A stretch of 64,000 nucleotides of DNA from Octopus sinensis (taxonomy: Eukaryota): assembly GCF_006345805.1 (NCBI RefSeq), contig NC_043006.1, positions 55,924,001-55,988,000 of the forward strand. Reading direction: 5' to 3'. Below the pieces are notes generated by a model. The model made no database searches, was not told the DNA's origin, and worked only from the letters and a program-made list of their open reading frames with translations. Positions 40,156 through 52,338 of the stretch are shown in pieces (position 1 is the first letter of the stretch; every line of letters begins with the position of its first letter). The translations under genes were made by a program, and so were the position numbers.

Positions 40156-40559
40156 CTATCATATGTATATCCTTTAAGTTCGGTTTATGTTAAACGCTTT
40201 GAATGGGCTCATAAAAACTCCTATGCTATTTGTTTCAGCTACAGTTTATTGTTCCCTTCTTCCCGAACAAATTTATGCGAAGGTTATTAATCTAATGTCG
40301 TCATAGCTTCGGGTGAATATAATAACAACAACAACTTTTGGGTGGAAATTCATAAATCCTCTAATGCATGCTACATATGTTGCCACAAACTTTATCCTTT
40401 AGTTGTTGTATTCCCCGTCCATAGGATTTTACAAATATGATTTGCAAAATCCATGGATTTACATGGAATCTTAATACACGTGTTCGCTTCCTCAGGTAAA
40501 AGTTGCATTAGATTTCTGACTATTAAAAATGTCCATCCAAAAGTTCTCGATATTACTAT

Positions 40560-40646
<87 letters not shown>

Positions 40647-40652
<6 letters not shown>

Positions 40653-40905
40653 GTGACAATTATTCAATAGCCAAGATAAAACTCTGAGTTTCGGATGCCG
40701 AAGTGGAAATCTACAACACCATCTCTTCGGTTATCTGAGATGGTTAAGAGATGCTGTTGTGGATTTCCACTTCGGCATCCGAAACTCAGAGTTTTATCTT
40801 GGCTATTGAATAATTGTCACATATTATTTTACAGATAAATTTCCTCTATTTACATAACATTGAGGTCTCTTTCTTTCTTTTGTTATCTTACGGTTTTTAC
40901 AAATA
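40647..40905. mobile_element. Hammerhead-bearing fold-back element, copy A
   Basis: Inverted arms 40647-40727 and 40747-40826 plus an unpaired tail; minus-strand hammerhead at 40675-40735; inside (TA)n. Confidence 0.8.
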
Positions 40906-40956
40906 TATATATATATATATATATATATTTGTGGGTGTGTATATATATACATAATA

Positions 40957-41394
40957 AACTTTGGTTGTAGAACAAACAACAAATTTAAGGTCATCCATTT
41001 AACATATCACTTTGATCACATATAAAGAAACATATTGCTTTTTCTTATGCATAGAATAAGGATGCACAAAATCACAGAAGATTAAACAATATTTCATTTC
41101 GACAAGCATATCGAAAAAAGGGAGTACAGTTTGTCGCAATATAAAAAAAAAATTAATGAATACTTAAGCGTCTAGAAAATGTTTTTACATTATGAAACCT
41201 AGAATAATGAATATATAAAAAATATAAAAATACGCATATATAAGAAACATATATATACATAAGATATAGATAAAAGTTCATCGATTAAGTGGTGCTAAAA
41301 AGTATTAGGTTTCTTTATATTTGATTAAATGTTCGAGATATGATATATTAAGTGGATGACCTTAAATTTGTTGCTGGTTCTACAACCAAAGTTT
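40957..41394. repeat. Element with ~53-bp inverted repeats around an AT-rich spacer
   Basis: aaactttggttgtagaac..aacaaatttaaggtcatcca / tggatgaccttaaatttgtt..gttctacaaccaaagttt. Confidence 0.75.
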
Positions 41395-41475
41395 TTTTAT
41401 ACTCGTCTCATTTGCTTGAGCACTTCTCTTGCAGTCCTATTAACCCTCTTGTTCCTAATAAGAAACAATCACTAT

Positions 41476-41527
<52 letters not shown>

Positions 41528-41533
<6 letters not shown>

Positions 41534-41790
41534 TATGTTACATTACACGATAGTCAAGATAAAACTCTGAGTTTCAGATGCCGAAGTGGGAATCCACGAC
41601 GCCATCTCTTCGGTTATCTGGCTATTTGCAAATAGCCAGATAACTGAAGAGATGGCGTCATGGATTCCCACTTATCTTGACTATCGTGTAATGTAACATA
41701 TTATTTTATAGATAAATTTCCTCTATTTACATAATATTGAGGTCTCTTTCTTTCTTTTGTTATCTTACCGTTTTACCAATACATTATATA
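41528..41790. mobile_element. Hammerhead-bearing fold-back element, copy B
   Basis: Loopless palindrome centred at 41628/41629, minus-strand hammerhead at 41558-41618, a ~23-bp deletion in the right arm, and the same tail as copy A. Confidence 0.8.
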
Positions 41791-41810
41791 AATATATATA
41801 TATATATATA

Positions 41811-42014
41811 CAGTTGCGGCCAAAATGTTCAGAACGGCATAATAACTGAGAGGATAATAACTTTTGTATTATCCTCTCAGATTACACCAAAATCTCAGGC
41901 AATAACAATTGATATTGTATTTATTGTCTGTGGAAATTATAGAATATAAAACAACTTTGATAAAAAATTATATCTACTTTTCTGACGAAAACAATGCCGT
42001 TCTGAACATTTTGG

Positions 42015-42019
<5 letters not shown>
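41811..42019. mobile_element. Tc1-like MITE
   Basis: TIR (cagt)tgcggccaaaatgttcagaacggcat / atgccgttctgaacattttggccgca, within (TA)n. Confidence 0.85.
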
Positions 42020-42069
<50 letters not shown>

Positions 42070-42074
<5 letters not shown>

Positions 42075-43035
42075 TGGCGAAAATATATTTAAGACCGATG
42101 ATAAAAGTTCTATTTCTTACAAAATATTTTGTTACTAACACCATACAAATTATTTTTATCGTTTACACCTTATGCAGAATTTATTTCTCTTTCGAATGAT
42201 GCAGACAATAACTATTTGTATACAACTTGAAGAATTCTAATGCAAAATTAATATAAACCTTTCAAATTTACCGGCAAAATTTGTTTAAGACCATGTAAAA
42301 TGTATGCAAATTATTTTGCCAAAATGGGTGGTTATACAACTAGCCTAACTGCACTATATAGTGTTAAAATTTAACGTATTTTACAATTTATTAATAACGG
42401 GAAAAAAACGTAGCATCAGTCCAGTCACGAGAGCAAAAATCCTATTACTTCACCAGAAAAAGTTTCCTTTTCGAACATCAGCATGCAACTAAAGTGCAGT
42501 AAAACGGCTTGCGTGCAAAAGTGGACGTTATACTCGGAGACTGGTCAATATAAAGATCGGCAAAGGACTGGCGCCCCAAGAAAAACGACGGTGCAATTGG
42601 ACTGTCGAATCGACCGACTTTCGGAAGACAACCGAATGCTGACTACCGTTGACATTTGTAAACAATTGTCCGGCGAGAATGGTGTAATTTTTACACCACA
42701 ATCCGTCCGCAACCGTTTAAGAGAATTTGGACTTCATGGACGAATCGCTAGGAAAAAGCCAATAATATCTGAAAGAAATCGACTCAAACGCCTTAATTTT
42801 GCAAAAATCCATGCTCAATGGACTGCCGAAGATTGGTGCAGGGTCCTTTGAAGTGACGAGTCACGCTTCTGTATGTTTGGATCGGATGGTAAAACATACA
42901 TCAGGTGTCGCCCAACCGAGGAATTCCACCCGAAATGCGTGAAAAAGACGGCGCAAGCGGGTGGTGGGGTTGTGATGGTGTGGGCGGCATTCATTAGCTT
43001 TGGTGTTGGTCCTCTAGTTAAAGTTGATGCACGAT
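42070..43035 (+). mobile_element. Tc1 transposon, 5' part, decayed
   Basis: RTGAPRKTT, SVRNRLREFGLHGRIARKKP, WTAEDWCRVL*SDESRF, GGGVVMVWAA. The TIR is related to the 44359 element. Confidence 0.88.
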
Positions 43036-43230
43036 ATTATGTAAATAGAGGAATTTATCTGTAAATGTAAGATGTGGCAAGGATATGTGGTAAGTAAGGA
43101 ATGAGTGTAGGCAGTTTTTCCGATGGCCAGATAACTGAAGAGATGGTGGCGTGGATTTCCACCCCGACATCTGAAACTGGGTGTTTTATCATGGCTACCG
43201 AATAATTGTCACATATTACATTTACAGATA
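43036..43230 (+). mobile_element. Hammerhead-bearing element, copy C, truncating the Tc1
   Basis: gataa CTGAAGA gatg..catc t GAAA ctgggtg TT ttatc at 43130-43190; 25-bp inverted ends at 43056-43080 and 43206-43230. Confidence 0.75.
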
Positions 43231-43276
43231 TATATATATATTTATGTGTGTATGTGTATGTGTATGTGTTTATGGA

Positions 43277-43355
<79 letters not shown>

Positions 43356-43390
43356 ATATCTATCTATCTATCTATCTATCTGTCCATCTG

Positions 43391-43447
<57 letters not shown>

Positions 43448-44135
43448 ACACACAAACGCACACACACACATGTATATACATATGTCGCTCTTGAGTTCTA
43501 CTTTTAACAAGTAATCCGTAAACCTGTTGCATGGTCGGATCGTCGACGGCTAAACAGGTAACCCTACCAGGCTTGCTTGGTGAGGAGGGTGACTGTTGGA
43601 CACCCTGCAGGATGAAGACTAAGACTCTTCAAAGGGCGGAGGAACTCATGAGTAGTCAACAGCCATCCAACAAATATGTGTAAATATAAATTATTTTTTA
43701 TATATAATCTTATATATATATGTATATTTTTATTTATAGACGATAAGAAAATGGAGGAAAAACAACAATATGCGTATGTATATACATATATATGTAAGTA
43801 TGTACATATATGTATGTTTATATGCGTACATATATAATTACATTATTTATGTTATTATGTTTTTGAACGTCACGCATCCATTTCCAAGGAAGTTTTACCT
43901 TAATAAATTTGATGCGACACTTCTATTCTGTTTCTCTTTCGTTTCCTCTCTCTTCCTTATCTCTAATTCTTTTTATCTTCCCTTCTCCCCTTTCGGTTTT
44001 TTCTCTCTTATCCTTTCTCTAATTCTTTTCCTCTCCCCTTCACCCTTCTCTGTCAGTCCCTCTCTCTCCCTCACTCTTCCTCCTTTCCTCTCTCATTGTT
44101 CGCATTTGATCAACGGTCATCTTTCTTTTTCCTAA

Positions 44136-44198
<63 letters not shown>

Positions 44199-44358
44199 GA
44201 CGAGCTTCTTTCAGTTTCCGCCTACCAAATCCACTCACAAGGCTTTGGTAGGGCCGGGGCTTTAGTAGATGACACTCTCCCAAGGTGTGCCACGCAGTGG
44301 GACTGATCCCAGAACCATGTAGTTGGCAAGCACGATTCTTACCACACAGCGGTGCCTA

Positions 44359-45819
44359 CACTGGCCAAAATAAGTTTAAGACTGAAGATGACAGTTCTAT
44401 TCATTCATTAATTTATTTTTAACAAAACTCTATAAAATTATTTTACATTTTACAGTTTCTGTTGAATATTTTTTTACCTTCAAATGATATAGGCTTTTTA
44501 TATCTTTCTACAATTTGAATAATTTTAATGCGCAATTAATTCAAATGATTAAAAATTGTCGGCAAAATTAGTTTAAGACCTACCAACGTTATTTTGTTTA
44601 AGACTGTACCAAGATTAAACCAAATAGGTGGTCATATGGCTGATAGTACTGCACTGTTTTGTTTAATAATCGAGCATTGTTACACATTAATTTGCTATGT
44701 AAAGTGTTGTAATATCAATGGTCGTGTTGCTTCATCAGCAAAATGTGTCCTTCATGAATATTAGCAAGAAATTAGGATGCAGCAAAGTGGCTTGTGTTCA
44801 AGCATAGAAGCTTTACCAAACCACTGGCCAATACATATTTCGACAAAGAACGAGCGCTCCGAGAAAAACAACAGTACAGATGGATCGGCGAATTCATAGG
44901 CTCTCTTAAGGTAAGCGAATGCTAACAGCAGTTATCTGAAGAAACTGATATCAGCTTTACACCACAAACAGTCAGAAACCGTCTAAAAGAATTTGGACTG
45001 TTCGCCTAGATCGCTCAAAAGAAGCCGAGTCGGCGGAAGCGGATCAAGTTTGCTGAAAGCCATATTGAATGGACGGCCGAGGACTGGTCAAAAGTTCTTT
45101 GGAGAATCTCGCTCTGCATCTTTAGATCAGATGAAAGATTTATGTTAGACGCCGTCCAACAGAAGAATTCCATCTTAAGTGTATCAAGAAAACGGTGCAA
45201 GCGGGAGGTGGTGCCATATTTAAATAATCAGATTCCGCCGGGATCTATTTTCCAACAGGACAAGGAAAGTTTTGCTATATTTTGAGCGCAATAATATGGT
45301 GGTTATTGAGCGGTATCCACAGAGCCTGGATTTGAATCCTACCGAAAATTTATGGAATTAAGTTTCTAAACGAGTTCATGCAAAAAACATCAACAAATTT
45401 GTCAAAATTATATAATTTTATTAAAGAAATATGGTAAAACATTCCAAATGAATTTTGTGCTAATTTGCCGAACTCCATGTCATACCGTGGTAAAACTCTA
45501 ATTGAAAGTAATGGCTATGGAACTAGGTGCTAATAATAAATTTTTATTTGTTGATCATTTGTGTAAATTTTCAATTTAAACAAAATAATGTTGGTACGGG
45601 CTCAAATTTATTTTGCTGATAATTTTTAATCATTTGAATTAATTGCGCATTAAAATTATTCAACTTGTAGAACGATACATAACGCCTTTGTGATTCGAAA
45701 GAAGAAAAAAATTCTACATAAACTGTAAAAAGTAAAATAATTTTATACAGTTTTGTTAAAAATAAATTAATGAAGGAACAGAACTATCATCATCGGTCTT
45801 AAATATATTTTGGCCAGTG
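44359..45819 (+). mobile_element. Full-span decayed Tc1 element with long (~240-bp) TIRs
   Basis: ta|cactggccaaaat..attttggccagtg|ta; remnants FQQD, PQSLDLNPTENLW and NGYGTR. Confidence 0.9.
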
Positions 45820-45829
45820 TACGTGTGAA

Positions 45830-46145
45830 ACCTCATGGCTCAGTGGTTAGAGCGTCGAACTCACAGTCATGCAGTAGAGAGATCCATTCACGGATCTGGC
45901 CGTGTGTTGTGTTCTTGAGCAAGACACTTTATGTCACGTTGCACCAGTGTACTCAATTGTAGAAATGAGTTGCGACGTCACTGGTACCAAGCTGTATCAG
46001 CCTTTGCCTTTCCCTTGGATAATATCGGTGGCGTGGAGAGGGGAAGCTGGTATGCATGGGCAACAACCTTGCCCGGACTTATGCCTCGAAGGTAACTTCC
46101 TAGGTGCAATCCCATGGTCATTTATGACTGAAGGCTGTCTTTACC

Positions 46146-46150
<5 letters not shown>
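45830..46150 (+). mobile_element. tRNA-derived SINE
   Basis: A-box-like tggctcagtggttagagcg followed by gttcttgagcaagacacttt. Confidence 0.75.
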
Positions 46151-46183
<33 letters not shown>

Positions 46184-46923
46184 AGGTGTGTGTGTGTATG
46201 CATTATATGTGTAATATATAATGTGAACTGATATAGTAGTGCTTGAAAGGGAGGCGTGCTGTCTTAGTACGGAAACTGGTTTCATTATGTCTTTGTAGGG
46301 TAAATAGATATGTTCTTATTAGAGCACCAAATCGAAGTACTAGAAATGGTGTCCTCTCCAGAGCTATTATTGCATTGAACACATTTAGAATTGCTTCTGT
46401 CTTATGTGTTGCACGAAGCACAGATGTCTTGTTTGTTATTTTTACCGTATTGTTTAGAATGATACACTGATACTTTTGGTTGACATGTCATCTTATCTAA
46501 TCCAGATAAATGAAGTTTAGGAAACCTTAGAATCTTGGAGAAATCCATGCCATCTGTTAATGGATCTAAGAGATGCCAATAATGCGAAGCTGAAAGTTCG
46601 CATATTCTTTTCGAATCTAATAATTCCACCGCACTTCTGAATCCCAGATTCGAAATTTTTCAGCAAAAGGAAACATTCGGACAAATTTCTTTTGGTGAAC
46701 TGAGCAGCTGTCTCGCAGTCTTTGAACAGTTTCCGTTGAATCATTCTTCTTTAATTATGTTTGATTCTGGCTAGCTTAATTATGACTTTACTGTCAAAGC
46801 GTACATCACTCCAATTTTCTTTCTTATTTTTTTCTGCTTTTCCACCCTTCCACTTTTTGCCTCTACATTCTCGATGGGAGAATCGATTGTCAAGCAATGG
46901 TGTAGAGACAAACACAATCACAA

Positions 46924-46954
<31 letters not shown>

Positions 46955-49368
46955 CACATACATGCGTACGTATAAATGTACGACGGGCTCCCACTCATCT
47001 TCTGTCAACTAAGTTTACTCTCAAGGCATTGGTCAACCCGGGGACACTTGACAAAGGTTATATGTAAAAGGACTGAAAGCACATGGTTAGAAAGTGTGCT
47101 TCCTTAACACACAGCCATGCTTGTGCAATTTGAAAGATATTCTCAACGAAACCGTTCAAGATTATTTCATTTCTGAAACTAGCCCTTGAGAAGAGACACG
47201 TATCTAACAAGAACAGATAAATAAATGAATAAATAAATAAATCCCCATGACCACAAAACATTACCTTCGAAACATTGATGAATTAAGAACGGCATAACAT
47301 TAAATAAAAATAGAGGGATCTGAGTTTGGAAAAAAAATCTTCGATTTACGGAAATCTTATTAGTAATATCGCAAAGAAAAATAAGTAATCAACACCAAAA
47401 ATGAGTGGAGGAGCATTTTTCAGTGGTTAGGATGTTGGACTCTTTATCTTAAGATTGTGGTTTCGATTCCTGAACCGCGCGATGCGTTATGTTCTTGAGT
47501 AAAACTCTTCATTTCGTGTTGCACCAGTTCACTCAGTTGGCAAAAATGAGTAATCCTGCGAAGGACCGGCGTCCCGCTCAGGAATGAATATTTACACCAG
47601 AGGAACAAGGAAACAGACTCTATGATTCTTAACCCTTTTAAAACAGATGGTGTTTTTGTATGTGTAGCCAAAAGGATGAATTCTTTTCTTTTTGCTGAGG
47701 TTGAAATTGATGGGTGCATGTAGAAAACAAAAGATAACAAACCAAACATTCACAACGTCTGTTACATCGGGTCGATCCATCGGCCTGAAAGTCCTTTCAA
47801 CTTGTATCACTTGGACCAAGTAAACAACCCGAGTGTTCTGAGAGAGTTAAGGCGTAATGTGGACTAAACTACAACACCGAGTGAAAAATAGAATAGTAAA
47901 AAGAGAATATTGGAATACAGACTAATGATCCTTAAACAGGAACTGAAACCACCAGCGAAAAGTTCGAGCTTCAGAAAATTGTAGCTGAAAGCAAAATGTT
48001 TAACAAAAAATTTTAATCGAAACCAATTAGCAGTCATCAGAGATATTAGGGGATAATCAATGAACGTCACAGTGGCTCCTTCCCAGAAAGATACCGATTC
48101 ATTCTCGGTAAAAATATCGAGTGAAGCAAAAGAGTTTGATCAGAGAGCAACGTAACTGTAATATATTGTCTTTGTATTAAACCACATGGATACATCATCA
48201 ATGGCGAGACCCCTGAAACTGTGATTTGATAACTTCAAGATGAGAAGGCAACAGGAAGGGACTTGAATGCTGGATGCTGGTGCAAGAAAGCAGAATTTAA
48301 TCAGCAGTGACTTATTGACGTCTACCAGCAAACTACCCTTATATACATAAATATACTGAGCTGGTTCGAACTGACAGAAACAAAAGAGATATCCTTAAAA
48401 CACAATAATTACTCACCTGACCTGACCTCAAACCAATGGACAAATGCATGCTAGAATTTCACGTATAAAATGTATACAATCTGCCCGAAACTGTTCCGCC
48501 AAGATCACTGACCTAAAAATGTAATCATACTTAAACAACTTACTAGAGAGAACGGAGATTGGGGGAGTGTGCTAAACAACTCTTCTTTAACAAAGCTGTG
48601 AGAAAACATAAAATGAACATCGCCACAGTTTGGTCTGTGCCACATTATCAGGAAGTGTTTTACTCTGTACGCTACTCGTGATTGATAGGATCCCTGCAGC
48701 TTGCTTTGCCTGGTTCGGCTCTATTGTCACTGATAAAATACATTATAGCAGAGATATATTCGAAGTTGACATTCACTGTAATGTAATTTATACTTTCAGT
48801 AAATTCCCAGTACTTTTTGCTGGGGAAATCTGAAGGATATGCGTTTAGTCCACTGCAAGACAGAAACACCAACCTGACGCAGTGCCTCTTTTTGCATGAT
48901 GCTGTAATAAATATATGGCATGAAAGAAAGCCTTGGTCGAGTTATGACATTCCCAAAAGCTACAGTCATAATGTTTAGCCAGGATAAATATTCCTATATG
49001 GTAATGCAGCAAGTTAAAATTGCAAGCTCCTCTAGTAACATTACTATAAATTGTTGGACTATTTCTCCAATATGTCATATTCTTCTAAATTCTTCTGAAG
49101 GAGTCATGTTTCTGAGCTAGAAACCAGCTTTTTTTCTATTGGTGAGAAATTCGAAAAATTAAACCAAGAGTGAATGAAATGTATATAATCTTGCTTGGTG
49201 TACATAAAATATTCATATAAATTCTTGATGCTCAGTTACTCACCATATATATTCCTTCAGGCGCAGTACCGCCCCTAGTGAAATTGAGTATTCGAACAAG
49301 TATGCTGGGTGATGGGGGATAAACACAGACACTCACACACATATACACACATACATAGACACACACAC

Positions 49369-49411
<43 letters not shown>

Positions 49412-49716
49412 TAAACATACACATGTATGTATATATGTATAATAATAAGTAAGTATAATCTAAATATGTTGGTGTAAGAACTTTTCAAGCATTGCTTTAA
49501 GTTTACAAGCCTTTTAACTTTTGCTTGTTTCAGTCATTAGACTGCGATTAAGCTGGGGTGACACTGAAAAAAATTTTCAGAAAATAATCAACGCCAGTAA
49601 TTATTATTTACTTGTTAAGCAGTGATGGGGAACAAACACAGACACAGAGACAAAGACATACGCACACACACAGACGCACATACACATGCACAAACTCATA
49701 CGCACACACATTCACG

Positions 49717-49774
<58 letters not shown>

Positions 49775-49922
49775 AGGTATCTTTCACTTTCCCTCTAGCA
49801 ACTCCAGTCACAAGGCTTTCGTCAGTCCGAGGAAACGGGACTGGCCTCGGAAAAATGTGGTTGGTAAACAAACTTCTTACTACACACCCATGTCTGCACA
49901 TATGGTTGTCAGTGTGCGTGTG

Positions 49923-49976
<54 letters not shown>

Positions 49977-49977
<1 letters not shown>

Positions 49978-50250
49978 TACGGAGATGTACTCGCATAGTA
50001 AGTGATTTGATCTGAGATCGTGTGCTGGAACGAAAACAATTGCAGCGTGGAAGGTGTTTGTAAGCCATTTAAGAAACACACAAAAGCCGTTCGATTCACT
50101 TCAACATTTAATTTTAATTTGTCAAAATATTTTCGTCGCTTTAAGGCCGCGACCTGTTCACTGAGATGCAGCACGGATTTTTGTCAGTGAACAGGTCGCG
50201 GATTTTAGCGACGAAAATATTTGGTGAGGCAATTCGTTGCTAAACCCTTA
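49977..50250. mobile_element. (TA)n-embedded element with a 40-bp fold-back and a hammerhead-like variant
   Basis: Arms 50125-50164 and 50184-50222; tca GTGAACA g gtcgc..gcgac GAAA atat TT. Confidence 0.6.
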
Positions 50251-50265
50251 ATTACTTAGTATATA

Positions 50266-50347
<82 letters not shown>

Positions 50348-50425
50348 GACAAAACCACTATTTTAAAACCAAACAAGAAAAGACTTAATCAATACATAAA
50401 ATTTTAATATAAATTAAATAAACCG

Positions 50426-50469
50426 CCACAACAATTGTTTCATGTCTGCTACCGACAATCTTCAGGTGG
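50426..50469 (-). ncRNA. Compact type I hammerhead ribozyme motif
   Basis: ccac CTGAAGA t tgtc-ggtagca-gaca t GAAA caattg TT gtgg, inside a (TA)n-flanked element at 50345-50755. Confidence 0.72.
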
Positions 50470-50754
50470 ATTTTCGATCTAAAAATATCAATATTTTAAA
50501 ATATAATTTAATATAATTTAAAATAATAAAGTAATAAAATTATAAATGAAAATAAAAAAATATATAATCTATATATAATCTATATATAATCTATATATAA
50601 TCAATATATAATCTAAAATAATCTAAAATAAACCCTATAAACAATTGAATATAAAAACCTATTATAAAAGTTCTCATATTTAAAAATGTACAAAAACAAA
50701 ACCCTAAATCTGATTTTTCCCTGTTATTTTGGATTCATTCCCTAATATTTATTA

Positions 50755-50841
<87 letters not shown>

Positions 50842-51847
50842 AGCGTGTGCATGTGTGTTGTGTGAGTTTGTGTGTGTATATATATTTATACGCACACACA
50901 TAAAGGTAAATAGTAAGATAGAGAGATACCTTCTGTTTTCGTATTGCATAGACTCAATACAGCCAGTGTTGTATGCACTGCTTCAGCTGTTGCAACAAAC
51001 TAACTGGAACACGAATATGCGTCGGTTAAGTAGGAAATTACTTATAAATAGAGTCAAGCTGGAGGAGTGAGCATGTGTAAGAGTGGAGTGGAGACAGAGT
51101 GGGGAGAGTGAATTAGTGAAAGATTGTCAGTGACGTTTTACAAGAGAGAGGGAGGAAGGGAAAGAGAAATAAGAGAGTAAAGGAAAGGAGAGAAAAGAAG
51201 AATTAAGAATGGAAACAGAGAAAGAGTTAAGATTTTACAAAATACACACACATACAGATAGGTGTGCGCAGGCTTATATCTAAACTGTTATTCTTTTACT
51301 TGTTTCAGTTATTTGACTGCGGCCATACTGGGGCATCACCTTGACGTGTTTTAGTTGTACAAGTCGTACAAATCCTTTCCCGAAACGTTGAATTACGGGA
51401 ACATAAACGCGTCAACACTCGTTGTCAAGAGGTGATGGACAAACACACACACACACATGCACACGTACGTAAACACACGCACACACATACACACACATAT
51501 ACATACAACTGACTTCTTTTAGTTTCCATCAACCAGATCCACTCACAAGGCTTTGGTCAGCCTGAGGCTATAGTGGAAGACACTTGCCCAAGGTGCCATG
51601 CAGTGGGACTGAACCCTAAACAATGTGGTTGGGAAGCAAGCTCCTTACCGCTCAACCTCTACTGCACCTTTATATAGATATAGATCTTTACTTAGCTGGG
51701 TTGCTTTGTCTACACACGACAGGAATATTGGGTACAAATACCCCTAAACGGAGTCTTGATATTCAATATTCAATTAATATTGTTGGGTAATGCAGTTTAT
51801 ACCGAACTAGCAAGGTACCTCAATTTAAGTACCCAATTCAACTGAAT

Positions 51848-51886
<39 letters not shown>

Positions 51887-52338
51887 GGTTTCAAAGAAAA
51901 AAGACTATAAAAGGGTATAAATAGGGGAAAACGGATAAAATACTACTTGTGTGGGTATACTATTTCGATGGCAAGGACGATATACACAAATAGCATTTGC
52001 ATACATACATACATACATACATACATACATACATACATACATACATACATACATACATACATACATACATACATACATACATACATACATACATACATAC
52101 ATGCATGCATACCTACATGATGGCTTCCCCCTTGTTATAGAATATGGCCATTGCACGAGGCTTAACTGTTATCGGTGATGCGATCGAATATGACTCTTTA
52201 GCCCAGCTAAAGATCTACAATGTCTTGTACTGAATTGGCAGCTGAAATGTTTACCGGCAATAGCCTGCTATAGTCGTAACTGGGCTTCATGTGCAACAGC
52301 GATGCCCTACCTAACATCCCTCCTTATTTTCTCATGCG

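Noticed and set aside
43500-43680. RTE-like UTR fragment (related piece at 55370-55410) as a possible HDV-like ribozyme
   Set aside because: The nested double pseudoknot could not be assigned by eye.
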